DNA of 64,000 nt from Candidatus Latescibacterota bacterium (GTDB lineage Bacteria; Latescibacterota; UBA2968; UBA8231): positions 288,001 to 352,000 of the forward strand of contig CBDETY010000003.1 of assembly GCA_965243025.1 (NCBI GenBank). The letters run 5' to 3'. The notes beneath the pieces were generated by a model. The model searched no databases and was not told where the DNA came from. It saw only the letters and a program-made list of their open reading frames with translations. Shown here in pieces: positions 1 to 9,984 of the stretch (positions within the stretch are counted from its first letter, which is position 1; each line of letters opens with the position of its first letter). A program made the translations under genes and the position numbers.

Positions 1-1
1 G

Positions 2-646
2 GATGCCGAAGATATTGACCTCGGGGTCGCGCAGCAGCTCCTCCCCGCCCTTCGGGCTGCCGGTGTCCCTTTCCCACATCTGCAGCAGCTTCGGGGCGAC
101 GCGGTCGTATTTCCGGGCCCGCGCCGGGATATCGAGGTGCAGCGACCAGAGCGAGTCGTGGAAGGGGTTCCTGTGGGATCCGGGGATCACCCGCAGGCAG
201 CCCGAGTCCCGCCCCACCGGGTCGAGGTAGAAGGCGACCTTTATCGACGGCCGGTAGTGGTTGGTCAGGTTGCCGGCCAGCCGGTAGGGATCGTTCATCC
301 CTTCGGGGATGGCGGGGTCCCAGCCGAGGTCGGGATGCCACACGGTGTCGCCGACGTAGAGGTTGCCGTCGTTGTGGTCCTTCAGGGAGTTCTCCGGCCC
401 CAGCAGCTCGTCGACCTTGCCGCGGATGCGGGGGTCGGTTTCGAGATAAGCGGCTTCGGGCCGGCTCCTGACCCAGTCGAGGATGGTCCGCCGTTCCGCC
501 GGCTCCGTCTCCGGCCCTTCGAGCTCCTCCCGCATGGCCGCGTCGAACTCGCGGCTTATCGCGTCGATCTCCGGTGCGGGGAACAGCTGCCGCCTGACGA
601 CGAACCCGAAGGTGTCGAACTGCCGCCGGTCTTCCGTCCCGCTCAC
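2..646 (-). CDS. Phytanoyl-CoA dioxygenase (PhyH) family Fe/2OG oxygenase, runs off the left edge of the window
   Basis: Not in the ORF track because there is no stop in the window. Manual translation from GTG at 646, which overlaps the sulfatase stop (GTGA): MSGTEDRRQFDTFGFVVRRQLF...GDTVWHPDLGW...SIKVAFYLDPVGRDSGCLRVIPGSH. The WHxD and GCLxVIPGSH motifs are typical of PhyH. Confidence 0.85.
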   Translation of the reverse strand, partial: MSGTEDRRQFDTFGFVVRRQLFPAPEIDAISREFDAAMREELEGPETEPAERRTILDWVRSRPEAAYLETDPRIRGKVDELLGPENSLKDHNDGNLYVGDTVWHPDLGWDPAIPEGMNDPYRLAGNLTNHYRPSIKVAFYLDPVGRDSGCLRVIPGSHRNPFHDSLWSLHLDIPARARKYDRVAPKLLQMWERDTGSPKGGEELLRDPEVNIFGI

Positions 647-2160
647 GGCGTCTCCTCCCCGAGGTACTGGTCCATCGCTCCCCGCCGGTAGTCGTACCGG
701 GGAAAGTGCCGCCAGGTCTGGCCGCGCTCCCGCATGACGTCGCGGATCAGGCGGCGGCGGTACAGGCTTTCGAGGTTCTCCTGCTCCATCGCCGCCGGGT
801 CGAAGCGGCCGAGCATGGCACCCTCCATGCGCCGGGCGACATCGGCGTGCCCCGGGTCCGCGGCGAGGTTGTTCCACTCTCCCGGGTCGGCCTGCAGGTC
901 GAACAGCTGCGGCTCGTACCCGTGTATGTAGCTGTACTTGTAGGACCCCTCGCGCATCATTATGCAGGGCATGCCGACCGCTTCGTGCGCCTGCGCGAAG
1001 ACGCAGCGGCCGCCGTCCTCCCCCTCGATTACCGGCAGCAGGCTGCCGCCGTCGTGGGGCAGGAGGTCCCGGATGCCGGCGATCTCGGCGAAGGTCGGAA
1101 GCAGGTCGAGCAGCGACACCGGGGTCTGCACCGCGCTGCCGGCCCGCCAGCCGCCGGGGAAGCGGACGACGAGCGGCACCCGGCAGGACCACTCGTAGAA
1201 GCAGCGCTTCTGCACCATCTCCCGCTCGCACAGCATGTCGCCGTGGTCGCTGGTGAAGAGGACGACGGTGTCGTCGGCGAGCCCGGTCTCCTCGAGGGTG
1301 TCGAGGAGACCGCCGAGCTTGTCGTCCATGTAGGTGGTAACCCCGTAGTAGGCCCGCCGCACCCGCTCCATGCTCTCCCGGCGGCGCAGGTCGAAGCGGC
1401 CGACGCCGTGGTAGGCGTTGAGGCAGCGGTCCATCTGCGAGCGCCCCGCCTCGAATCCCTCGGGGAACCCGGCGACTTCGATTTCCGCTCCGTCGTACAG
1501 GTCCCAGTACTGCTGCGGCGGCCAGAACGGCTCGTGCGGGTGGTGGTAGGAGGCGACCAGCAGGAACGGTTCCTCCCCCTTGCTCTGCCCCCGGGCCCGC
1601 AGGTACTCGACCGCGCGGAAGTGGGTCTCCTCGTCGTAGCTGAGGGCGTTGTGCCAGCGGCCGACCTCGATCCCCTCGCCGACGTAGTGGGCGGCGTTGT
1701 AAGTCTGCCGCTGCGCCATCACCTCCTCCGGGTCGGCGCCGCGGTTCTCCTTGATGCGGATCCACTCCTCCCGCACCCAGGAGAAGTCCGGGGAGTAGAT
1801 GTCGGTGGTCAGCCGCCGCCGGAAGCCGTGGCGCTGCTCGGCGCCGATGAAGTGCATCTTGCCCGACAGCACGGTGTCGTACCCGGCTGCCGCGCACCAA
1901 GTGGCGAAGGTCGGGTGGTCGCAGCCGAGCGGGGAGCCGTTGTCCCAGGCGCCGATCTCCGAGGCGTGGCGCCCCGACATCAAGCAGGCGCGCCCGGGGG
2001 CGCAGAGGGGAAAAGGGGTGTAGGCGGAGTCGAAGCGCACCCCCTCTCCGGCGAGGCGGTCGAGGTGGGGGGTGCGGACCACGGGATGGCCGTACGCCCC
2101 GGTCAGGGCGGCGACCATCTGGTCTGAAACCACCAGCAGTATGTTCGGTCGTTTCGCCAT
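643..2160 (-). CDS. betC: Choline-sulfatase-like sulfatase (505 aa)
   Basis: N-terminal PNILLVVSDQ, formylglycine motif CAPGRACLMSGR, BetC-like segment LSGKMHFIGAEQRHGFRRRLTTDIYSPDFSW, and FTSDHGDML. Substrate not certain. Confidence 0.75.
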   Translation of the reverse strand: MAKRPNILLVVSDQMVAALTGAYGHPVVRTPHLDRLAGEGVRFDSAYTPFPLCAPGRACLMSGRHASEIGAWDNGSPLGCDHPTFATWCAAAGYDTVLSGKMHFIGAEQRHGFRRRLTTDIYSPDFSWVREEWIRIKENRGADPEEVMAQRQTYNAAHYVGEGIEVGRWHNALSYDEETHFRAVEYLRARGQSKGEEPFLLVASYHHPHEPFWPPQQYWDLYDGAEIEVAGFPEGFEAGRSQMDRCLNAYHGVGRFDLRRRESMERVRRAYYGVTTYMDDKLGGLLDTLEETGLADDTVVLFTSDHGDMLCEREMVQKRCFYEWSCRVPLVVRFPGGWRAGSAVQTPVSLLDLLPTFAEIAGIRDLLPHDGGSLLPVIEGEDGGRCVFAQAHEAVGMPCIMMREGSYKYSYIHGYEPQLFDLQADPGEWNNLAADPGHADVARRMEGAMLGRFDPAAMEQENLESLYRRRLIRDVMRERGQTWRHFPRYDYRRGAMDQYLGEETP

Positions 2161-2193
2161 GCCGCTCCTGACGGTCCGGGAAGCGCCTCCCGG

Positions 2194-4119
2194 CTACTTC
2201 TCGAACAGGTCGCGGGCGACCGCCCCCTGGCAGTGGGCGGGAGGCTCGACCCCGAAGAGGTGGCACCAGGTCGCCACGACGTCGACGGCGTGGATGTACC
2301 CCAGCTCCTCCACCGGGCGCTCGTACCCCTTCCTGACGCCCGGGCCGGCGATCATCATCGTGCCGAAGCTCGAGGAGAGGTCGTTCCGCGTCGGCAGGAA
2401 ACCGCCGTGATGGGCCCCGAACACTTCGGGGGCTCCGGCGGCGCCCCCTCCGACGATGCCCCGCCACTGGCCGAAATAGCCGCTGACGTACCCGTGGTCC
2501 CAGGCGAAGACCACGTCCCCGCACTGCGGACCCCACTGCCCGAGCAGGTAGGCGTCCCGCTTCGGCAGGGCGATGGCGACCGGAGTGCCCCCGACCTCCT
2601 CGTCCACCCAGGTGCGCAGCGCCAGCAGCAGCTCCCGCTCGATGCGGTCGAACTCCTCTCCCGGCTCGGCGTTGATGTAGATGTCGAACCCCTTGTCGTC
2701 TTTCAGGTAGGCCCGCGTCTTCCCCCAGTCGATGTCCTCTTCGAGCACCAGGTCCTCCTCGACGCGGCTGCCGCCCCCCGGCTTCAGCGCGGTGAACCCC
2801 CGGTCGTGCAGGTACTTGCGGATGTTGGCGACGCGGACGTCGGGGTAGGCGCCGTGGTCGGCGAGCACGCTGACGTAGGTGCCGGGGCCGGCCGCCTCCC
2901 AGATGCGGCCGAGGACGCGGTCCCCGACCTGGTAGGCCTTGCGGAACATCTCCATCGCCTCGTCCGCCTTCGCCGGATCGTACCCGGGACAAGCGGGGTC
3001 GACGTCGTTCAGGTGTATGTGATTCAGGTAGTCGAACAGGTGCCAGTGGCAGGTGAAGAAGGAGCAGTCCTTCTCCCGCAGCATGTAGTTGGCGACGTCG
3101 GCGAACCAGAGCCCCTGGTACTCGCACTCCTCCATGGCGGTGTCGAAGTCCGCCATGCCGTGGGTGTAGGGAAGGGTCGAGGCGTGCTCCTGGTACGGCC
3201 CGAAGCGGTCGACCAGCTCGGCGGCGAGATCGCCGGGAAAGGTGAAGCCGTCGGCGAAGGTCACCTGCGAGCGGTAGAGCTGGAGGTGGGTCCCGTCGGC
3301 GCTGAGGGCGACGGGCTTGAAGCGCACCGAGGCCCGCTGCCGGCGCCCGCCGAAAGCGAAGTCGTCGATCGCCCAGCCGCTCCAGCAGCCGGCCGCGGCC
3401 GCGGCGAGAGGGGCGCCGCCGTCGCGGTCCCGGCAAATGGTTACGCGGTCGTACCCCTTCCCTTCCGTGTCGGTGACCAGCACCTGGAGCACGGTGACGT
3501 CGCCGCCCCGGGCCGCCTCGATTTCTATGGAGGTCGCCAGCGGCGGCGACTTGCCGGGGGGCAGGTTGGTCCAGCCCTCCGCCGGGCGCAGCGGCGCAAC
3601 CTGCTGCACGCTCCGCTGCGAGCGCCGCACCGCGGTGCCGTCGTGGTCCATCTCGATTTCCGTCTCTTCGACCGCGGCCGTGGTGTACGCCTGCGCCAGG
3701 GCGATTTCGTAGTCGGTGCTCGCGTGTCCGGGGTGGCCGTACCCGTCGACGACGAAACCGGTCCTGACGCCGGATGGATCGGCGGCCGGGTAGTGCACGG
3801 CCACCGACTTGAGGCCGGCCCGTTCCAGGGCGTTCCAGATGCGCTCGGCGCTCAGGGCGCGGCCGTCGAAGCTGCTGATCCGCTCCCCGTCGGGAAGCTG
3901 CACGCGCCAGCGCGTGGCCCCGTGGGTGCCGGTGTGGGCTCCCGTCGACAGCGTCGCCCAGTTGGTCGGGGTCCAGACCGGGAAGGAGGGGGCGGTCTGG
4001 TTGACCGCCCCTTCGGCGAGCATGCGGGCGAAGTTCGGCAGGATCCCCTCGGCGGCGAACTTCTTCACCATCGGGGTGATGAGCCCGTCCATGCCGTACG
4101 CGTAGATCTTCGTTTCCAT
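2194..4119 (-). CDS. Alkaline phosphatase superfamily protein, nucleotide pyrophosphatase/phosphodiesterase type (641 aa)
   Basis: GMDG motif, Thr-nucleophile segment FPVWTPTNWATLSTG, DYLNH, ADHG, and C-terminal GAHHGG...GPGV...VDVVAT. Confidence 0.85.
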   Translation of the reverse strand: METKIYAYGMDGLITPMVKKFAAEGILPNFARMLAEGAVNQTAPSFPVWTPTNWATLSTGAHTGTHGATRWRVQLPDGERISSFDGRALSAERIWNALERAGLKSVAVHYPAADPSGVRTGFVVDGYGHPGHASTDYEIALAQAYTTAAVEETEIEMDHDGTAVRRSQRSVQQVAPLRPAEGWTNLPPGKSPPLATSIEIEAARGGDVTVLQVLVTDTEGKGYDRVTICRDRDGGAPLAAAAAGCWSGWAIDDFAFGGRRQRASVRFKPVALSADGTHLQLYRSQVTFADGFTFPGDLAAELVDRFGPYQEHASTLPYTHGMADFDTAMEECEYQGLWFADVANYMLREKDCSFFTCHWHLFDYLNHIHLNDVDPACPGYDPAKADEAMEMFRKAYQVGDRVLGRIWEAAGPGTYVSVLADHGAYPDVRVANIRKYLHDRGFTALKPGGGSRVEEDLVLEEDIDWGKTRAYLKDDKGFDIYINAEPGEEFDRIERELLLALRTWVDEEVGGTPVAIALPKRDAYLLGQWGPQCGDVVFAWDHGYVSGYFGQWRGIVGGGAAGAPEVFGAHHGGFLPTRNDLSSSFGTMMIAGPGVRKGYERPVEELGYIHAVDVVATWCHLFGVEPPAHCQGAVARDLFEK

Positions 4120-4146
4120 ACCTGTCTCCGTGAGGGGGGCCGGGGG

Positions 4147-6042
4147 CTACCGCGCCAGGTGCCAGTCGGGGTCCTCGAGCGCCTCGTAGACGACGCCCCC
4201 CTCGACGTCGCGCGGCATCGGCACGCCCATCAGGTAGCAGATGGTCGGGGCGACGTCGACGGCCCGCACCTGGCGCCGCAGGTCGGCGCCCTGCCGCACT
4301 CCCGCGCCGGCCATGATGAAAGTGCAGTGCTGCCCGCCGATGCCGAGGCTGGCCGAGGGAAGCTGCTTGCCGTGGGCGCCGTCGAACTCCGGGCGCAGGG
4401 CGTAGACCACGTCGCCCACGAGGTCGCCCCAGAGGTTGACCATCTCGGCGTCCTCGCGCGTCAGCGCCAGGGCGAACGGGCACAGGCCGGTCTTCTCGTC
4501 GACGTACCCGTTCAGTGCGGCGACGATGTCGAGCTGGGTCTGCCGGTATTCTTCCGGGGCGACGATTCCGGTCGGCTCGCGCCCCTCGAGGTTGATGAAG
4601 ATGTGGACGAGCCCGACGTCGGCGGCGATGGTGCGCTCCCAGTCGATCCCGCCTCCCTCCCTGCCGGTGAGGAATCCTGTCTCTTCGAGCACCTTCGAGA
4701 CGTTCACCGCCCCGTACTGGGTCGGGGTGCCGCCGTGATCGGAGACAACAAGGCAGACAGTGTCGTCGTCGGCGAGGGCGGCCACCCGGCCGATCATCGC
4801 GTCGACCGAGGCGAAGGTGCGCTCGAGCCCCTCGCGGCAGCGGGCGAGGGTGCCGGGGTCGGCGCCGCTGACCTCGTCGGCCTGCGCCAGGAAGAAGTGG
4901 CTGGCGTAGTCGGGGGCGTGGGACTCGATGAAGAGGATGTCCCACTCGCGCGAGCCGGTCAGGTACCCGGCGACGTCGGCGAGCCTCTGGTGGTGGAAGT
5001 CGAGGAGCTCGAAATAGGTGTCGTCGTCGACGACTCCGAGGGCGTCGCGGGCGGGGTTCTGCAGGAAGTTTCCGACCTCCTCGTCGAGCTCCCGCGACAG
5101 CGGCACCGGGGCGGTGTACCCGACCGCGGGCCAGATCTGCGGCATGAAGAGCTCGAAGCGCTCGAGGCCGGGGGGCATCGCCACCAGCTTGGCCTGCACG
5201 TACCCGTCGATCTCCTCGCCGTCGATGAGGAAGGTGTCGCGCCACCACTCGCTCCACTGGCCCTCGGAAAGCTCGGCGACCGCAGCGCCGCAGTCCCGGT
5301 CGCGGCAGACCAGAAGCCGGTCGTAGCCGTCGCCGCCGCTGGCGTAAGCGAGGCCGTAGTAGGTCTTGGGCTTTGCGGTGCTGCCCCTCGGCACGCGGCC
5401 TCGGGTCAGGGGCCTGACGGTCAGGTCCACCGCGCGCGGCGGCATCTGCGACTCGGGGAGATTCTTCCAGTTTCTGCTTCCGGCCGCCTTGATCCTCACC
5501 GGATCGGCGACCTCGATGGTCTGCAGGGCGCTCGGGTCGAGGGTCTCGGGGTCGCGCTCGCCGCCGACCGGTCGCGGTTTCCAGTCGCCGGAGACGAACA
5601 GGTGGTAGCCGGCGATCTGGTGCACGTTCGACACCCCGGGACCGGTTCCCTCGACCTGCACCCCGTCGCGGACGGTGGGGGGCCAGGACATCTCCCACTT
5701 GACGAGAATCGGCTTGCGGCCGGCGCGCTCCATCGCATTCCACAGGTATTCCGATTTCGACAGGCCGGTGTCGATGCCCCAGACCGTCTCGTCGAGGCGG
5801 CCTCCGAGCTTGCGGATGTTGAAGTCCATGACTTCGTGGTTGCCCGGCCAAGAACCGGTGGACGTGGCCGTCCAGCCCGGCGGAGTCAGCGTGGGAAACA
5901 CGCCGATCATCGGCCGCCGCACCCCCCTGCCGGCAAGGGCCGCGAGGTTGGGCATGTGCCCCCCGTCCATCATCCGCGACACCAGCTCCATGCTGGCGCC
6001 GTCCATGCCGATCACGATGGCTCGCTTTGCAGGTGGGTTCAT
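4147..6042 (-). CDS. Alkaline phosphatase superfamily phosphodiesterase, paralog of the adjacent gene (631 aa)
   Basis: IGMDGA, FPTLTPPGWTATSTG, DYASH, VSDHGG, GAHG, VDVAPT. Confidence 0.85.
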   Translation of the reverse strand: MNPPAKRAIVIGMDGASMELVSRMMDGGHMPNLAALAGRGVRRPMIGVFPTLTPPGWTATSTGSWPGNHEVMDFNIRKLGGRLDETVWGIDTGLSKSEYLWNAMERAGRKPILVKWEMSWPPTVRDGVQVEGTGPGVSNVHQIAGYHLFVSGDWKPRPVGGERDPETLDPSALQTIEVADPVRIKAAGSRNWKNLPESQMPPRAVDLTVRPLTRGRVPRGSTAKPKTYYGLAYASGGDGYDRLLVCRDRDCGAAVAELSEGQWSEWWRDTFLIDGEEIDGYVQAKLVAMPPGLERFELFMPQIWPAVGYTAPVPLSRELDEEVGNFLQNPARDALGVVDDDTYFELLDFHHQRLADVAGYLTGSREWDILFIESHAPDYASHFFLAQADEVSGADPGTLARCREGLERTFASVDAMIGRVAALADDDTVCLVVSDHGGTPTQYGAVNVSKVLEETGFLTGREGGGIDWERTIAADVGLVHIFINLEGREPTGIVAPEEYRQTQLDIVAALNGYVDEKTGLCPFALALTREDAEMVNLWGDLVGDVVYALRPEFDGAHGKQLPSASLGIGGQHCTFIMAGAGVRQGADLRRQVRAVDVAPTICYLMGVPMPRDVEGGVVYEALEDPDWHLAR

Positions 6043-6333
6043 TTCCTGTGTCCGTTCTCTCCGGGATGACGGTGAAGTGTTGCCGCCTGAAGGGGATTTT
6101 CAGGCCGGGACAAGGTACGGCTCCCGGTATATGGGTTCCACCGCGACGGCCGGGTCCGACAGGGGCGGCTTCAATGTCGGGACCGGACAGGCGAGGGCGG
6201 TGCAGCGGCGCGTCGACAGGGCTGCGATTCGGGTCCGGAAGCCATGGCCCTGACGGCCGGGGAACCGGTTGAGGGTGACCGTTGCGCTGCCATCCCGCGG
6301 AATGGTTCCCCGGGCCCGCAGCTGCTGCCTTTC

Positions 6334-8046
6334 CTATTCTTCCGGCTCGGTAACGGTCAGCACCTGGTTCACCTCGACATCCTCGAGCGTCTGCACGATC
6401 CCGCTCGGCCAGCGCAGCGTCACCTTGTCGACGCGCCCGGCCTTGCCGAGGCCGAAGTGGACGCGCATGTCGTCGTGCCCGAGATAGCTGCCGCCGCTGC
6501 GCACCTCGTTTACCTGGCCGAGGCCCGCCGCTTCGATCTCGATCCGGGTTCCCACTCCGTCGCGGTTGCTTTTGCGGCCGACCGTCCTGACCAACAGGTA
6601 GTTGCCGGCGTTGCCCCCGTCGTTGCGCAGCAGGTTGGGCTTTCCGTTCAGGTTGAGGACGAAGATGTCGATGTCCCCGTCGGCGTCGAAGTCGGCGAAC
6701 CCCGCGCCCCTGCTCACCTCGCGGATCGCCAGCCCCGGCCCCGATTGCCGCGACACGTCGCGGAAGGTCCCGTCTCCGAGATTCTCGAACAGCAGGTTGA
6801 GCTGGGCGTAGCTGGCGTTGGTGTGCGGCAGGTCCGCTTCCGGATAGGTGTGGCCGTTGGCGACGTAGATGTCCTTGTCGCCGTCGTTGTCGTAATCGAA
6901 AAGGGCGGTTCCCCAGCCGACCTCCGGCTCTCCGACGGCGGCGACACGGGACACGAAGGAGACGTCGAGGAAGAAGCCGTTCCCCTCGTTCCGGTAGAGG
7001 GTGTTGTGCTCCCCCTCGAAATTGGAGACGAAGATGTCGAGGCGGCCGTCGTTGTCGTAGTCGCCGACCCCGACTCCCATGCATCCCTGCTCGGCACCCT
7101 CGGCGTCGAATCCGACCCCGGAGCCGAGTCCCTCGTCCGAGAAGGTGCCGTCCCCGTTGTTGAGGAACATCATGTTCGGGGTCATGTCGTCGGCGACGAA
7201 CAGGTCGGGCCAGCCGTCGTTGGTGAAGTCGGCGAACACCGCCCCGTAACCGAAGTACTTGCGGCCGGCCATTCCCGCCTCCTCGGTAACCTCCCTGAAG
7301 CGGCCGCCCCCCTCGTTGCGGTAGAAGACGTCGGCCTGCGGAATCATCCCCCTGGGACCGCACATTATGTCGTAGGTCTTCCAGACGCAGGGGATCGTCG
7401 ACTCGTAGTCGAGGGAGAAGTCGATGTAGTTCGAAACGTACAGATCGAGATCTCCGTCGCGGTCGTAGTCGCCGAAGGTGCCGGCGGTGCCGTAGCCTTC
7501 GTCGCCTACGCCGGCCTCTTCGGTGACGTCGGCGAAGCGCCGGTTTCCCAGGTTCCGGTAGAGGGTGTTGCGGCCGAAGTTGGCGACGTGGAGATCGAGG
7601 TGCCCGTCGTTGTCGTAGTCGGCCGCCGCGCAGCCGAGCGACCAGCTGGTATCGCCGACGGCGGCGTCAGCGGTCACTTCCGTGAAAGTGCCCCCGTCGT
7701 TGCGGTACAGCCGGTTGTGGGGATGCTCTCCTTCGGGAAAGCCGTGGAAACTCGAGCCGTTGGCCACGTACAGATCGACGTCCCCGTCATTGTCGTAGTC
7801 GAAGAAAGCGGTGCCGCCGATCGAGGTCTCGACGAGGTACTTCTGGTCCCTGCCGGAGACGGTGGGCGCCACCAGGCCAACCTCTTCGGCGACGTCGATG
7901 AATTGCACTTCCGGCGCCGCTTTTGCAGGTCCCGCTCCGGGGCCTTCGCCGGACAAAGGCGCACAGAGGGCTCCGAGAAGCAGGCCGGCGAAGAGTGCCC
8001 GCGAGGAGAAAGACCGGGGCGCGATGGCTCGGTGAATGGATTTCAA
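6334..8046 (-). CDS. CRTAC1-family secreted protein (FG-GAP/VCBS repeats + ASPIC/UnbV), 570 aa
   Basis: Signal peptide, repeated DYDNDGDxDLxVxN motifs, and C-terminal SNRDGVG...GGSYLGHDDMRVHFGLG...VTLRWPSG. Confidence 0.9.
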   Translation of the reverse strand: MKSIHRAIAPRSFSSRALFAGLLLGALCAPLSGEGPGAGPAKAAPEVQFIDVAEEVGLVAPTVSGRDQKYLVETSIGGTAFFDYDNDGDVDLYVANGSSFHGFPEGEHPHNRLYRNDGGTFTEVTADAAVGDTSWSLGCAAADYDNDGHLDLHVANFGRNTLYRNLGNRRFADVTEEAGVGDEGYGTAGTFGDYDRDGDLDLYVSNYIDFSLDYESTIPCVWKTYDIMCGPRGMIPQADVFYRNEGGGRFREVTEEAGMAGRKYFGYGAVFADFTNDGWPDLFVADDMTPNMMFLNNGDGTFSDEGLGSGVGFDAEGAEQGCMGVGVGDYDNDGRLDIFVSNFEGEHNTLYRNEGNGFFLDVSFVSRVAAVGEPEVGWGTALFDYDNDGDKDIYVANGHTYPEADLPHTNASYAQLNLLFENLGDGTFRDVSRQSGPGLAIREVSRGAGFADFDADGDIDIFVLNLNGKPNLLRNDGGNAGNYLLVRTVGRKSNRDGVGTRIEIEAAGLGQVNEVRSGGSYLGHDDMRVHFGLGKAGRVDKVTLRWPSGIVQTLEDVEVNQVLTVTEPEE

Positions 8047-8202
8047 ATCTGTCAGCGGGTCGTCAATTCAGTCGGGAAGTCGGGGGAGAAACCGGGGCTT
8101 TCCGGGCCGGGCATGGGGGTCCGCCTTCAGAGGCACCAGGCGGCCCGCCAGACGACTAAATCTGAGGACCGTGGCTGGATTACACCAACCGCGGAAAAGC
8201 GG

Positions 8203-8347
8203 AAATAAAATCCGGCAGTCCGGGGCCCGGTCTTGATTTCAGTACCCGGAACCTTCAGGGCCCGGTGGATCGCTCGCGGAGGTATTGAAGCGAACCCTTC
8301 CGTTTGTGGCCTCACAACCTGCCAGGTCCCGGGGACCACGGCCGGGA
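8203..8347 (-). ncRNA. Candidate structured RNA (6S-RNA-like rod or attenuator)
   Basis: On the minus strand CCCGGCCGUGGUCCCCGGGACCUGG pairs with CCGGGCCCCGGACUGCCGG as a bulged closing stem. An apical GUUCGC/GCGAGC stem lies inside it, and UUUUAUUU follows. Folded by eye only; no covariance model was run. Confidence 0.3.
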
Positions 8348-8398
8348 GAGACGGGCTCGCCCGGGCATTGGGGCCGCGCTCGAGCCGGGAGTCGCGGG

Positions 8399-9916
8399 TC
8401 AGCGCCTGCTCTCCAGGTCGGCGCGGGTGACGCGGGCGAAGGGGGCAACCCCGTGCTTCCCACCCTCGGCGCCGCGGCCGACCTCCCTGGTCAGGGAGTA
8501 CATCTCGAGAACCTCGATCCGCTCCCCGGGTCCGCGCCCCTCGTTCCACCTGCGGAACAGGTGCTCGGCGAGCGGCTTCCGGCAGGGACCGCCCTCCGCG
8601 TCGACCAGGCGCACGTGCAGCCTGCGCCAGCGGTGGTTGGGAAATGCCTCCGCTGGCCTTGAGGCGGGCTCGAAGGAGGTGAGCACTCCTTCCTCGAGGA
8701 TATCGATGGCGCGGCCGTCTCCAAGTACTCCCCGGTAGATGTACCAGTAGTCGCGCGGAATCGCGGTGTGATACATCCCCCAGGCCTGCGGCAACATCGC
8801 GGCGTTGCCGATCGCCTTGAGCCAATCCGGCATCTGCCGGTAGCGCAGGGTCGAGAAGTCCCAGGACGCCACGATATACACCAGAAAAAACAGGCAGAGG
8901 GTGTTGCCGGCGCGCCTTCCCCACGGCACGAGACGCCCCCCGGTCAGGCGCTGCAGGTTCCCTTCGATCGCGTCGGCCGGGCCGCCGGGAAGCGGTCTTT
9001 CCCAGCGCCTTGCGAGAAGCGCCCGCAGCGGTTCCAGGCGGCCGCGGACCCCGGTGCAGCACCGGCAGCTCCAGAAGCAGGCAGGCAGGAACAGGATCAG
9101 GCCGCTCAGGGAGACGAAGGCGAACAGCCCGACGTGCAGGGTGAGCTCGATGCCGATGTGGAAGGCCGCGAACAGGGCGATCCCCGCGGCGCGCACCCCC
9201 TTCCAGGGGGCCAGCAGGGCGAACGGTCCGGCGATCTCCAGCAGGACGGTTCCCCTGGTGAGCCCTTCGAGGAGAACACGGAAATCCACAAGGTATTCGC
9301 CGAGGGGCTTCACCAGCATGGAGTAGCGCAGCAGGTGGTCCATGGCGTTTCCCCCGAGCCAGACCTCGTTGAGCTTGGCCAGCCCGGAGTACCAGTAGAC
9401 GATGCAGACCTGGAGGAGGATGGCCGCCCCGGCCACCGACAGGGCGGGGGTTTCCGCCACGCCGGCGGGGGACTGCGGCCTCCGGAGGGCGTCGAGGGAC
9501 CACGCCTTGCCCAGCGGCAGGAACATGCTCCAGAACAGCAGCAGCCGCAGGTAGGAGTCGCCGGCGTTGAGGACCAGCGGCATGCGCGCGTGGAGGGAGA
9601 CCAGCAGGACCCAGGAAAGGACGGCGGCGAGGCGGGCGCGCCAACCGGCCAGCAGCGCCAGGGCGCAGAGACCGGCGAGGAAGAAAAGCAGCCCCTGGAA
9701 CCCGCTCGACGCGGAGAGAAAGTGCAGGGACCAGCGCCATTCCTCGTGGTACTGACCCGCCAGCGCCAGCGGCAGGATTCCCTCCTCGGTGTACATGGCG
9801 GAGAAATCCTGCAGGCGGGTTACGAGATCGACCAGCAGCAGGGCCGCAACGCAACCCCGGAACAGGGCCAGGGAACGAGGGTCGAGGCCGAAGACCTGGT
9901 TCAGTTTCGACTTCAC
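8399..9916 (-). CDS. HTTM-domain membrane protein (vitamin K-dependent gamma-carboxylase-like family), 505 aa
   Basis: Start moved to GTG 9916 (GGAGG upstream). Motifs FGLDPRSLALFR, AGDSYLRLLLFWSMFLPLG..WSLDA, YWYSGLAKL...WL.G, FHIGIE; multiple TM helices. Confidence 0.85.
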   Translation of the reverse strand: MKSKLNQVFGLDPRSLALFRGCVAALLLVDLVTRLQDFSAMYTEEGILPLALAGQYHEEWRWSLHFLSASSGFQGLLFFLAGLCALALLAGWRARLAAVLSWVLLVSLHARMPLVLNAGDSYLRLLLFWSMFLPLGKAWSLDALRRPQSPAGVAETPALSVAGAAILLQVCIVYWYSGLAKLNEVWLGGNAMDHLLRYSMLVKPLGEYLVDFRVLLEGLTRGTVLLEIAGPFALLAPWKGVRAAGIALFAAFHIGIELTLHVGLFAFVSLSGLILFLPACFWSCRCCTGVRGRLEPLRALLARRWERPLPGGPADAIEGNLQRLTGGRLVPWGRRAGNTLCLFFLVYIVASWDFSTLRYRQMPDWLKAIGNAAMLPQAWGMYHTAIPRDYWYIYRGVLGDGRAIDILEEGVLTSFEPASRPAEAFPNHRWRRLHVRLVDAEGGPCRKPLAEHLFRRWNEGRGPGERIEVLEMYSLTREVGRGAEGGKHGVAPFARVTRADLESRR

Positions 9917-9984
9917 GGGAAGGCCGCCTCCATTGCGCCGTTCGTATATTCGAACCCCTGCACTCGAAGTGATGCAATGAATGC

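Noticed and set aside
6061-6330. Several GC hairpins upstream of the phosphodiesterase operon as a riboswitch
   Set aside because: No recognisable cobalamin, TPP, SAM or glycine consensus; hairpins are expected at this GC content.
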